From: a bacterium
Lineage (GTDB): Bacteria; Hinthialibacterota; Hinthialibacteria; Hinthialibacterales; Hinthialibacteraceae
Reading direction: 5' to 3'
Assembly: GCA_041946805.1 (NCBI GenBank)
Contig: JBHGBC010000015.1
Coordinates: forward strand, 1-61,893
Length of the DNA: 61,893 nucleotides
A model generated the notes under the pieces. The model did not search any database. It was not told the origin of the DNA and saw only the letters and a program-made list of their open reading frames with translations. Positions 21,151 through 31,100 of the stretch are shown one piece after another. The first letter of the stretch is position 1. Each line of letters starts with the position of its first letter. Made by a program: the position numbers and the translations under genes.

Positions 21151-21282
21151 ATCAAGTGACTTTTTGCCGCTCCGTCGTGGAATGATATACCAAGGTGCCG
21201 CGCGTTTTTTCAAGGCCGCATAACGCGGCTTGAGTATAATCCCAGGCGTTCTCCCGGGGCTGGGCGCGGCGAAAACAATCCA

Positions 21283-21318
21283 TTCCCTCTCCCTCCGGGA
21301 GAGGGTTAGGGTGAGGGA
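21283..21318. repeat. Stand-alone CCCTCTCCC-N3-GGGAGAGGG REP hairpin
   Basis: TCCCTCTCCCTCCGGGAGAGGGTTAGGGTGAGGG, the same motif as the MITE interior in reverse orientation. Confidence 0.7.
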
Positions 21319-21406
21319 AAGCCCTGAAAGGACGCCAATTCTCCGGCTTTATGCTTTCGGGTTTGCCGTTACGGATGACTTTTCAGCCTACTATACTCAA
21401 CCGAAG

Positions 21407-21643
21407 CTAATCCCTTTTAAAGATTTTCACATGCTTGATCAAGATATGCTCGAAACCCTGCTTTTCATTCGATAATTCCCTCCCGCCCCAGTCCGGGGTC
21501 ATCAGGTGGATATGATCGTTATGCAGATTTTTCAAGTCTTGCAGATGCCGGATGAAATCATTCAATCCTTCCTGATTCAAATGATTTTCCAACCGATCAC
21601 CCTGTGGATCCATTTCAACGGTGAGTAATTTCCTGGAACTCAT
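21407..21643 (-). CDS. Imm32-like immunity protein (orphan)
   Basis: DHIHLMTPDWGGRELS.EKQ..LIKHVKI pattern recalled from Imm32-family proteins; AGGA RBS; AT-rich. Confidence 0.65.
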   Translation of the reverse strand: MSSRKLLTVEMDPQGDRLENHLNQEGLNDFIRHLQDLKNLHNDHIHLMTPDWGGRELSNEKQGFEHILIKHVKIFKRD

Positions 21644-21713
21644 TTATAATATCCTAAATAAATATTTTTAATGGACAAATTATAAATTCATTTATTCAAC
21701 AGGAAAAGAGGAA

Positions 21714-21924
21714 GGTTCATCCGACAAGTGCATGCCAGATGAAGTGAAATCGATTTCATCCGCCGCTGGATGAGGGCGGACACCCAGGTCAGCCCTTACA
21801 AAAATTCCCTCACCCTGGCCCTCTCCCCGAGGGAGAGGGGATTCGGGGATTGATCTCGCCGGCCAGCCCGGTTGAAAAGCGGCCGGCCCTGCTTGATAAA
21901 AAGTACACACTTACCGGATGAACC
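21714..21924. mobile_element. MITE-like element, copy 2
   Basis: GGTTCATCCGACAAGTGCATGC ... GTACACACTTACCGGATGAACC TIRs; internal GGGCGGACACCCAGGTCAGCCC and CCCTCTCCC..GGGAGAGGG hairpins. Confidence 0.8.
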
Positions 21925-21961
21925 AAGAGGAATCGCTCTGGGAGAGGCTGGATCATCGCCT

Positions 21962-23149
21962 TCAAGCCGTCATCGTGGCGATGAGGAGAGTCATGTCGTC
22001 ATCGATGTGCTTGCCCGTGTGCCAGGTCACCGCGTTGAGGATCATGTCGCACAAGGTTTCCGCGTCCACGTGATGGTTGTTGGCGAGGATGTGCACCAGC
22101 CGCTTCTCTCCCAGCTGCTCGGCCGTTCCCGGACGGCGGGCCTCGGTGATGCCGTCCGTGTACAAGACCAGCCGGTCGCTGGTCTGGAGCCGCACGGTGT
22201 GTTCGTCGCCATACTGGGGCAGGGGATGGAATTTCCCCAGCAGGGTGTAGGGTCCCGAAAAGGCCTGGACCGATCCATGCCCGTGGACGTGCAGAATGGG
22301 CGGATGTCCCCCGCAGGCGATGCGCGCCTGGCCGCTTAGGGGATCCAGTTCCACGGCGGCGTAGGTGAAATAGAGGTATTGATTCTGGAGCAGGGCGTGG
22401 GTGATCTTGTTCAATTTCAGCAGGAGTTCGCCCGGCCCCTTCACGCCTTTTTCAAGAATTTGCCGGGCGTTGGCGTTGATGTAATTCGCCACCAGCGAGG
22501 CCGCCACGCCGTGACCGGCCACGTCGCAGACCGTGAGATACACCTTGTGGTTCAAGCCGGTGTGGACGAACACATAATCTCCCCCGATGCCCATCATGGG
22601 CAGATACCGCGTGGTGATCTGGATCCGGCCGATCTGTTCCCGCGTGGTGATCAGGGTCCGTTGGATCTGTTCGGCCAGTTGCAGGTCTTCCTCGAGCTGA
22701 TCGTGGTATTCCACCAGGCGCCGGTTCACGGCCTCCAGTTCCGAGTAGATCCTTTTCTGTTCGGTGATGTCGATGGAGTTGACCAGCAGCAGCCGCTTGC
22801 CTTCGCGAGTGTAGATTTCGCGCACGCTTTGAATGACGGGAATCCGTGATCCTCCCCGGGTGGGGAGGGAAAACTCGAAGCGGTTGCGGCCGGTTTTGTC
22901 GATGATCTCACTCTGCTGCTGCCAGTACCGCAATTCCCGCGGATTCAGCCATTCCGAGGCCTCCCGGCCGATCAGCTCCCGGGCCTCCATCCGCACCATT
23001 TCGGAGAAGCGGTGATTGACGTACAGGATGCGGGAGTTGTCGGCCTCCAAAATCAAAATCCCTTCGTTCAGCCATTCGAGCATCTGGCCCAAGTGTTCGA
23101 GGGATAAACCGGCTTGGCGTAGCAGGGAGAAGGACGGAGATGATTCCAT
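21962..23149 (-). CDS. PAS domain SpoIIE/RsbU-type PP2C phosphatase
   Basis: PAS (YVN..FSEM...DITEQK), coiled coil, IGGDY, DVAGHGVAAS, GGHPP, LYTDGITEA, DDMTLL. Alternative TTG start at 23197. Confidence 0.9.
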   Translation of the reverse strand: MESSPSFSLLRQAGLSLEHLGQMLEWLNEGILILEADNSRILYVNHRFSEMVRMEARELIGREASEWLNPRELRYWQQQSEIIDKTGRNRFEFSLPTRGGSRIPVIQSVREIYTREGKRLLLVNSIDITEQKRIYSELEAVNRRLVEYHDQLEEDLQLAEQIQRTLITTREQIGRIQITTRYLPMMGIGGDYVFVHTGLNHKVYLTVCDVAGHGVAASLVANYINANARQILEKGVKGPGELLLKLNKITHALLQNQYLYFTYAAVELDPLSGQARIACGGHPPILHVHGHGSVQAFSGPYTLLGKFHPLPQYGDEHTVRLQTSDRLVLYTDGITEARRPGTAEQLGEKRLVHILANNHHVDAETLCDMILNAVTWHTGKHIDDDMTLLIATMTA

Positions 23150-23771
23150 GGCGGCCGCGGCCTCAACGCGCAAAAAAGAATCCTTATGGATATTCAAAAA
23201 GAACAGCGATGAACAATTTGATCATACGTAAGGCGGGAAGGGAACGGAAGGCCACGGGTGAAGCTGGAGGGATGCGGTCAGTATTTAGTGAAATATAAAC
23301 CGTTTGCTATTGTATTCTCAATCCAACATCATTACCATCCCTTTTACGTAGGGAGTGGAGAACGAAAATGAGAATCCCGGTGATTACGAAGATTCTCGTT
23401 GAGGGCGTGCAGGATTGCATGACTCGTGGCGGCAGGGCCGTTTCATCCCCGAGGCAAGTTGGAGACGGAAACCGTATCGGGGATCCCGCTCCGGAATCCC
23501 TATCAATCCGGGTGATGCACAACCGGCAGTTTGGATGGAAAGGTGGTTTCGACTGCCACGGCACCTGAAAACTTCCGGGAGTATGTGCCATCGGGATTAG
23601 CGGAGCCAAAAATGTGTTACTCATCGGTTTTTCATCATTGCCTTTCATGCCGCATGGGAATGAAACAACATCTTTTTTAGAAAGGAGGTTGGGGAAAGCC
23701 GTAAAAGATGGTGTTTCCGTACGATCGAGTGAATGAAACCGGACTATCAAACGAAAAAGGAGAAACGCAAG

Positions 23772-25247
23772 ATGAGAAAGACGATCTATTGTGCATTGGG
23801 ATTGGCCGCCCTCTTGGCCATGGGAATCAGCGCCGGCTACGCCGATGTTTATTTCCAGGATGATTTCAACACCGGCGGCACCGCCGGGGCGTTGTCCCGG
23901 GGCTGGCAATTCGTATTGAACGAATATGTCACGGAAGTGGGCAGCGATTTCGTCATCGCTCCCGAGTGGCCCGTGGACGCGGAGGGAAATCCAGGAGACG
24001 GCCCGGGCAGCAGCACGGGCTTTATTGCCCCTCCCAAGGAAGACGGCACTGCCTCCGAAGGAGGATACCTCATTGCCGACTCGGATTCGGGCAGCGGATC
24101 GGATGATATCGGTACCGGGGCGGAGATCTGGGCGATTTCCCCTTCGTTCAGCACCGTGGGCGCCAGCCAGGTGTGGTTTCATGCCAACACGGAAATCGAA
24201 ACCAACAACAACGGTGAAAGTATCCAGTTGATTCAATGCTCCGTGGATGGCGGAACCACGTGGCTCAATATTTGGGCGGGTCCTGAGCCCCAGCGGGTGA
24301 TCAAGGCCTTCAATAACGGCATCGATGGCGCGGCTCTCATCAACGGCTGGCCGGTGCTGGGGAGCGGATCGCTGACCAAATCCTTCGACGGTCTTCACGG
24401 CCGGGTGCACTTTCAGCTGCCCGCGGAAGCGGTCAACAAGCCCGATGTCCGGATTCGGACCGGTTGGTACGAATCGGCGGACGCCTGGTATATCGCGATG
24501 GACGATATCGTGGTGGATAACGTACCCGCGCCGCAAGGATCCCAGGAGATAATGAAGGAAGACTTCTCCAATGGGATTCCCGCCACCTGGTCGAACAAAA
24601 ACCTGCACACCAACAGCCCGGATGGCAAGGGACAGGTGTGGGATGTCCGGCCCCTGTGGTACGCGGAGACCGACGAACCGTTGAAACTGGTGAGCGACAA
24701 TCCAGTGAACATCGACATTCTCAAACACGCGGAAACGTTGGGCATCACCCTGGATTTGAACAATCCCGATCCCGACATCAATCCCAATGGGATCCTGGAC
24801 GGCCGGTGGGTGCTCATGTTGGCGGGCCAAGGCTACGCCATGTGGCAGGAAGGCGAGAACGCGCCGGTGGACGGGCTGAGCGAATCGGCGGCGCTGGATA
24901 CGCCGAAATTGGACCTGTCCCAGGCCACGGCCGCGTTCCTGGAATTCGATTCCGAAGTGCTGGTGGGCAACAGCACTTCCCGTTATGAGGTCTTCGTGAG
25001 CACGGACGGCGGCCAGAACTTCACCCGCCTCTTCACCTACACCGAAGCCCTTATGGACTATGAGGAAGCGCCTTATTTCATGCGGCATTATCTCCCCGTG
25101 CCCCAGGCGGCCGGCAAGAACAACGTGGTCTTCCGCTTCCTGGCGACCGGTGAGGATCCGGGTGAAATGGAAGGCTTCTGGGTGATCGACAATGTCCGCG
25201 TCACCGCCAACGTGGGCGCCGCGGTTCCCGATTGGGCCCAGTTGTAA
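23772..25247 (+). CDS. Secreted acidic beta-sandwich protein (two MAM/cleaved-adhesin-like domains) with C-terminal W motif
   Basis: AAGGAG RBS and signal peptide. Repeated F.DDF..G....W / SVDGGT.W / W..(M/I)DD(I/V).V architecture. Ends GAAVPDWAQL. Confidence 0.7.
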   Translation: MRKTIYCALGLAALLAMGISAGYADVYFQDDFNTGGTAGALSRGWQFVLNEYVTEVGSDFVIAPEWPVDAEGNPGDGPGSSTGFIAPPKEDGTASEGGYLIADSDSGSGSDDIGTGAEIWAISPSFSTVGASQVWFHANTEIETNNNGESIQLIQCSVDGGTTWLNIWAGPEPQRVIKAFNNGIDGAALINGWPVLGSGSLTKSFDGLHGRVHFQLPAEAVNKPDVRIRTGWYESADAWYIAMDDIVVDNVPAPQGSQEIMKEDFSNGIPATWSNKNLHTNSPDGKGQVWDVRPLWYAETDEPLKLVSDNPVNIDILKHAETLGITLDLNNPDPDINPNGILDGRWVLMLAGQGYAMWQEGENAPVDGLSESAALDTPKLDLSQATAAFLEFDSEVLVGNSTSRYEVFVSTDGGQNFTRLFTYTEALMDYEEAPYFMRHYLPVPQAAGKNNVVFRFLATGEDPGEMEGFWVIDNVRVTANVGAAVPDWAQL

Positions 25248-25386
25248 GCGAGAGCGGCCGGGAAAAACCCGGAATACTGAACCGGAAGGTTTTCATTTCT
25301 GTTCTTTGCGGGGGGGATGGGTCGGTGAGAATCGATTCATCCCCCTTTTACTCTCCGGCATGTGCCCACTGAAAAGGAGATATCCT

Positions 25387-26055
25387 ATGCAGGTCCGTAA
25401 CGGTGTAACCAACTCCACTGTAGGCCGAAACATCCTGGAGGGATTTACCTTGATCGAATTGCTGATCGTGGTGGCCATCATCGGCATTCTGGCGGCCATC
25501 GCGGTTCCCAATTTTCTCAACGCTCAGATCCGCGCGAAGGTTTCCCGGTGCCAATCGGACATCCGCATGTTGAACCAGGAGGTGACCATTTTCCACATGG
25601 ACACCAACAAGTGGCTGATCGACGGCAACGATTGTGACGGATCAACCGAATGCTGTTTTCAAAATCCGTTCATCGGCAAACATCCGGACAAAGCCCGGAT
25701 CAATTATCTGCAAGGCGCCAATCATTTCGACGGCAATATCTACCTGCCCCTCACCACCCCCGTCGCGTATATCTCCAGCATTCCGGTCGATCCCTTCGGC
25801 GACGGCCTCTTCTATTCCTATGAAGATTGGGGCTGCTCCAACAAGGATGGCATCTTCGGACTGCTGGCCGCTTCCGGGCCGGACGGCGACAACGGCGACT
25901 GGCATCCCGACCGCATGTCCTATGCCTATCATCCCACCAACGGCGTGGCCAGCAACGGAGACATCTGGTTTGTCTGGCTCTTCAAGCCCGGCAAAACCAA
26001 CTCGCAATACGACAAGTTTTTCGTGGACCGGCCCGGCTGGAGCGCGCAATTCTAA
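25387..26055 (+). CDS. Type IV pilin/pseudopilin-like protein (paralogue 4)
   Basis: AAGGAG RBS; G|FTLIELLIVV..., LTTPVAYISSIPVDPF, ASGPD, YHPTNGVASNGDI. Confidence 0.9.
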   Translation: MQVRNGVTNSTVGRNILEGFTLIELLIVVAIIGILAAIAVPNFLNAQIRAKVSRCQSDIRMLNQEVTIFHMDTNKWLIDGNDCDGSTECCFQNPFIGKHPDKARINYLQGANHFDGNIYLPLTTPVAYISSIPVDPFGDGLFYSYEDWGCSNKDGIFGLLAASGPDGDNGDWHPDRMSYAYHPTNGVASNGDIWFVWLFKPGKTNSQYDKFFVDRPGWSAQF

Positions 26056-26714
26056 AAGACTGCCGGGGGGATGGCCTGATACCGGGCGGAAAAGATGTCC
26101 CGCGCCTCCTTCCGGAACTTGATTTCGTAATGCGTGGCGGCTTCGCCGGCGTCCCCGGGGCCGTGGATCGCCTCGCGCGAGACGGATTCCGCGTCCACCC
26201 GGAACAATCCGCTAGAGCGGATGAGCTCGTGGGCCTCGGTGAAATACTCCGCATGGTCGGTCTTGAAATGCAGACGGCCGCCGGGGACCAGGGACAGGGC
26301 CATTTTTTCGATGAAGCGGGGATTGAACAGCCGCCGTTTGTGGTGACGGTCCTTGGGCCAGGGATCGGGGAAATAGACATGACAGGCTTGGATGGAGTGG
26401 AGTGGAAGCAACAGTTTGACCACGAGATCGGCGTCCAGGCACAGGAAGCGGCAGTTGGGACGCGGCTTGCGGCCGGCGCGCAGCAGGGCGATACGGAGCC
26501 ATTTTTTGGAGCGTTCGATCCCAAGGAAATTGGTGTCCGGACGCTGAAGGGATTCGGCCAGGATGAAGCGGCCCTTGCCGGTGCCGATCTCGATTTCCAC
26601 CGGGTGGGAATTGCCGTAGACCGCGGGGAAATCGAGATGTTCGTCGATGCTGCCCGGCGGAATCAGATACCGTTCCATTTCGGAGGTATATTCGTAAATC
26701 GTTTTCGCGCACAT
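26052..26714 (-). CDS. trmB: tRNA (guanine-N7)-methyltransferase
   Basis: EIGTGKG, FLGIE, YFPDPWPKDRHHKRRL, FKTD, THYEIKF. Confidence 0.95.
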   Translation of the reverse strand: MCAKTIYEYTSEMERYLIPPGSIDEHLDFPAVYGNSHPVEIEIGTGKGRFILAESLQRPDTNFLGIERSKKWLRIALLRAGRKPRPNCRFLCLDADLVVKLLLPLHSIQACHVYFPDPWPKDRHHKRRLFNPRFIEKMALSLVPGGRLHFKTDHAEYFTEAHELIRSSGLFRVDAESVSREAIHGPGDAGEAATHYEIKFRKEARDIFSARYQAIPPAVF

Positions 26715-26877
26715 GGGTCAGGAACTGAGATTCTTTCGCCTTGAATGGTTAACGATTGGGGAACTGCGATTCATCGAAGACGCAGGGCCGGCGGATCCGG
26801 GACATCTCATTGCTCATTTTTTTCTCCCGCATTCATCCCGTTTTGAGTATAGCTGAACTTCTTCCCATGGTAAATGA

Positions 26878-27087
26878 GGTTCATCCGATAAGTGCGTACC
26901 GGTTGAACCCCAATTGATTCCATTCGCCCCGGGAGGAGGACGGACACCCAGGTCCGCTCCTGCCACAATTCCCTCACCCTGGCCCTCTCCCAGAGGGAGA
27001 GGGGGATTTTGGGGGTGGTTTTCATCGGTCATTTTAAAGAGCCGCGAGCCGGCCCTTTGTTAAAAGTACGCACTTGCCGGATGAGCC
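26878..27087. mobile_element. MITE-like element, copy 3
   Basis: GGTTCATCCGATAAGTGCGTAC ... GTACGCACTTGCCGGATGAGCC (best-preserved 22-bp TIR pair). Confidence 0.82.
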
Positions 27088-27120
27088 GTACATGAGTCTT
27101 ATCCACATGAATCGCAACGA

Positions 27121-27176
27121 TCCCCCCCAAATGTGAACCGCTTACCTGAAGTCCAGTAAGCGGTTCACGGGGGGGA
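27121..27176. terminator. Strong hairpin downstream of the small membrane protein gene
   Basis: Perfect 13-bp stem GTGAACCGCTTAC / GTAAGCGGTTCAC extended by C7/G7 arms; no clear U-tract. Confidence 0.5.
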
Positions 27177-27223
27177 GGAGGAAATCCAAAGATCGGAATT
27201 CCGGGTTGACGGTTTGAATCGGT

Positions 27224-27520
27224 CTAGAAAAATGGCGAGAAGCGGTTCAGATGGTTGTAATACTCAACCCGCCGCTGTTTCTCCACGCGGTGGAAACTCC
27301 GGAACAGGCACTTATCACGAAGCGTCAAGGGACGCCGGATGATGCGCTCGGCCAGTTGCTGCTCAAAAAGGCTTTTGGGACGCAGATGCAGGGTTTTCTG
27401 ACGGGAAGTCAACTGCCACGCTGTGAAAGCCGCCAGGAGGAGCAAGCCGAAGATGACCGCGAACCATAGATCCACACGCACACTGGGAAAGGCAAACCAC
27501 ATGAGAGAAGAGCTAGGCAT
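27224..27520 (-). CDS. Small single-pass membrane protein, basic C-terminus
   Basis: AAGGAG RBS, one TM helix, upstream sigma54-like promoter, downstream hairpin. Confidence 0.65.
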   Translation of the reverse strand: MPSSSLMWFAFPSVRVDLWFAVIFGLLLLAAFTAWQLTSRQKTLHLRPKSLFEQQLAERIIRRPLTLRDKCLFRSFHRVEKQRRVEYYNHLNRFSPFF

Positions 27521-27582
27521 TATCGTACTCCTTGCTGGTAATTCTAATTTCCTGCTGGCTCGAATCCTCGCTGTTTAATACG

Positions 27583-27598
27583 TGCAATCAGCATTCCA
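27583..27598 (-). promoter_or_regulatory. Sigma54 (-24/-12) promoter candidate
   Basis: Minus strand reads TGGAATGCTGATTGCA (TGG-N8-TTGC, i.e. GG-N10-GC), about 63 nt upstream of ATG 27520. Confidence 0.6.
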
Positions 27599-28126
27599 TA
27601 TTCAATATACGCATGCCGATCCGGAATTGTTTCACTCCAAACGAAAAATAATGCCGGGACGTTGTGGTATTTTTGGGCTTTTTTCTCCCAGCCCTGAGAG
27701 GATGATCGTATAGATATGATTCAATGAGATAAAAAAAATTACATGCGTGCATGGTACGGAGCATGGCTTGGGGGACACGTGGCGGCCTGGCGGGTTTGTA
27801 CCGGAATCGAACAGGGGAAAGGGAATTTGTATCGAAAACGGACAGTGCAGCCCCCATGTGGTGTATTGATGCGATGGATTTCGCGGATTTCCTATCCCAT
27901 AAATCGATACAAACAGGGTTCAGAGCGGGACAAGAAAGGATAGTCGGGAAATCATGACGACCGGGGAGGACGATTTCGAAAGAGGTGTGACAATCACGGG
28001 GAAAAATTATATCTTTAAGGATATATTCGTAACGGTATGAGCAGAGAAAGGTCTTCTTGCCGTCCCGTGGGCGGTTCATGTGAAATCGGGAGGCGAACGG
28101 AAGCACGCCTAAGTTTGGAGGAATGT

Positions 28127-31100
28127 ATGTTTCGATACATCCGTGGATTTTCTCTCATCGTGGTGATGGGCTTGGCCCTGCCGGGGCAGGCGGAGGTGGT
28201 GATCAACGAAATCATGTTTCATCCCCGGGTGGACGGGGCCAATGGGGAGTATGTGGAATTATACAATACCGGCGCGGAGGCCATGGATCTGTCCGGGTGG
28301 AGTTTCTCGGAAGGGATCGATTTCGTGTTTCCACGGGGAACGGTGATTCCCGGGGGCGGCTTTTTGGTGATTTGCCGCAACGAGATTTTTCTCAGACAGT
28401 TTTACGCGCTGGCCAATGACATTCTGACAACGGGCAACTACGCGCCGAGCAGCCTCTCGAACGCGGGGGAAGAGATCGTTTTGTTGGACGCGGCGGGAGA
28501 AACCGCCGACCGGGTCAATTATGGCGATCAATCGCCCTGGCCCCTTTTGGCGGACGGTCAGGGCGCGTCGTTGGAACTGATTCATCCCCTGGCCGATAAC
28601 GACAACGTTCTGTATTGGAGCGCCGGCCGGGTTCCCACGCCGGGAAGGGCCAACAGCGTGCTGCTGGCTTCCGTACCGCCGCGGATCGGCCGCGTGAACC
28701 GCTCGCCCGTGGCGCCGGGTGCTGCGGACTCCACCCGGGTGACGGCCGAGTTCGCTGCGGACGACGCGCTCAGCAATGTCATCCTCTCGTACATGGTCAA
28801 CCGGGGCGTGAGCCGGACGGTGCCCATGGTGAAGCAAGGCGCAGCCTACTCGGCCACCATTCCCGCCCAGGCGAACGGCAGCGAGGTGGAGTATTGGATC
28901 ACGGCGAGCAACACGGCGGGGTATCTCATCACCACGCCGCCGGGAACTCCGCAGACTCATTATTTTTACCGGGTGGATGCCAATCCGCCCGCCGCGGGAT
29001 CGGTCGTGGTCAATGAATTCATGTACAACAATCCCACTCCGGATGACGAGGAGCGGGAATGGATCGAACTTTTCAATCCTTCGGGCCAGGCGGTGAACGT
29101 ATCGAATTGGATCCTGAAGGATGAAAACGACAGCCACGTATTCCGCCTGCCGGTGGGAACCACGATTCCCGGCAATGGTTTCCTGTTGATTGCGCATGAA
29201 AAGGATCCGGCTTGGACCGGCCCGGTGGTGGAGGGGCTTTCGTTTTCCCTGGGCAACCAAAGCGATGCCGTGCGGTTGTTCGATCCGAACGAACGGCTCA
29301 TCAGCGGCGTGTATTACAATGACGAAAGCGAGTGGCCGGCGGGGGCCGATGGTGAAGGGGGCAGCCTGGAGCTGTTGCAGGCCACGCGGCCCGCGGCCGA
29401 GACCAACAACTGGGGTGTTTCCGCCTTCGGGGGAACGCCGGGACGGCCCAACGCGCGGGCGGTCACTGATCCGGAGTATCACGATTACGACATCGTGATC
29501 AACGAGATTTTCTATCACCCGGTGGATGAGGAATACGACAACAACCTGGAGAAGGAGTATTTGGAACTCCATAACCGCTCTACTCAGCCGGTGGACTTGA
29601 GCGGCTGGCGGTTCACGGACGGGATCGAGTTTGTGTTTCCGGAAGGGACCACGATGGCCGGCCTGGGCTATTTGCTGGTCTGCCGGAACACGGACCGGTA
29701 TCCCGACGCGCCCAATAAAGCGGGAAATTACCTGTTGCAGCTGAACAACGGCGGCGAGGCGGTGGCTTTATCCAATAAACAAGGAATCGTCATCGACTAC
29801 GTGCGCTACAACGACAAGCCGCCCTGGCCGGTGCAGCCGGACGGAGACGGGTATTCGCTGGAATTGATGGTTCCCACGGCGGACAACCGGCTGGCGGTCA
29901 ATTGGCGCAGCGGCCAGCCTTCCAGTCCGGGAGCGGCCAACGCGGTCACGGGCGCCAATCTGCCGCCGGAAATTTCCGAAGTCACGCATACACCCCGGTA
30001 TCCCGCCGCGGCCGCCAGCGAGGCGCGCCAGGAAGAGCTGATGCTGATCGAAGTGGGCCAGGTCTGGAATTTCTTCCGCGGCAAGTCGCAGCCCCCTCAG
30101 AACTGGAAGGCGCTGGATTTTGACGATGCTTCCTGGGAACAGGGGAAGACCGGCATCGGATACGCGGACAACGATGACGCCACCCTCATCACGGACATGC
30201 AGAACAGTTACGCGAGCCTCTTCTTCCGGAAGACCTTCACGGTTCAGAATCCCTCCAGCTACAGCGGCCTGGAATTGGGCGTGGATTACGACGATGGCTT
30301 CATCGCCTACTTGAACGGCGTGGAAGTCGCGCGGGGGAACATCGACGGCACTCCCCGTTATAACCAATACGCCTTGGGCAGCCATGAAGCCGGCACGATG
30401 GAATTTTTCGATCTCAAGAATTATTTGAACCTGCTTAAGGAAGGGACGAACGTACTGGCCATCCAGGCCCACAATAACAGCTTGGCCAGCAGCGATTTCA
30501 GTTTGATCCCGCAATTGAAAATCACGCGGGACATCCCGGCCGGGCAGGATGACGCCGACATCGTCAAGATCACCGCCCGGGTGGAGGACGCGGACGGGGT
30601 GAAGGAGGTCAACCTGCAATACCAGCGGCTTTCGTGTCCTTACGGGACCGGACTGGTCTTGGGAGACTGGAAGACGGTGCGCATGGTGGATGACGGGACG
30701 CAGGGCGACACGGCCGCCGGGGATTCGATTTATACCTTCCAGCTCAATTACGCGGAAACCCTCCGCCCGCGGGAGATCTGGCGTTACCGGATCTCGGCGG
30801 CGGATCCGGCCGGGCAGGAATCCGTCATGCCCCTGCCGAACGAAACCACCCGCAATTTCGCGTTTTTTGTGGAAGACCGGAGTGATCTGCCTTCCTTCCC
30901 GACGGTATATATTTTCGCCGAGCGGGAAGTGATCAACTGGCTCAACCGCAACGTGGAATCGAACCAGGAGCAGCCGGCGCTGGTGGTGGTGGGCGGCGAG
31001 GTGTATGACCTCTATTTCGAGGGCGGCGTGCGCTATCACGGGGACACGGACCGGACAAAACCGAAAAAGAATTGGCGGGTGCGGTTTCCCAAGGGAGACC

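Noticed and set aside
23200..23770. Riboswitch in long leaders (also 27600-28120 and 37570-38140)
   Set aside because: I could not recognise any known aptamer consensus by eye; an Rfam search is needed.
26807..27032. Short ORFs over the MITEs (PLPLGEGQGEG / LSLWERARVR peptides, also 21230 and 21692)
   Set aside because: These are translations of the REP hairpin, not real genes.
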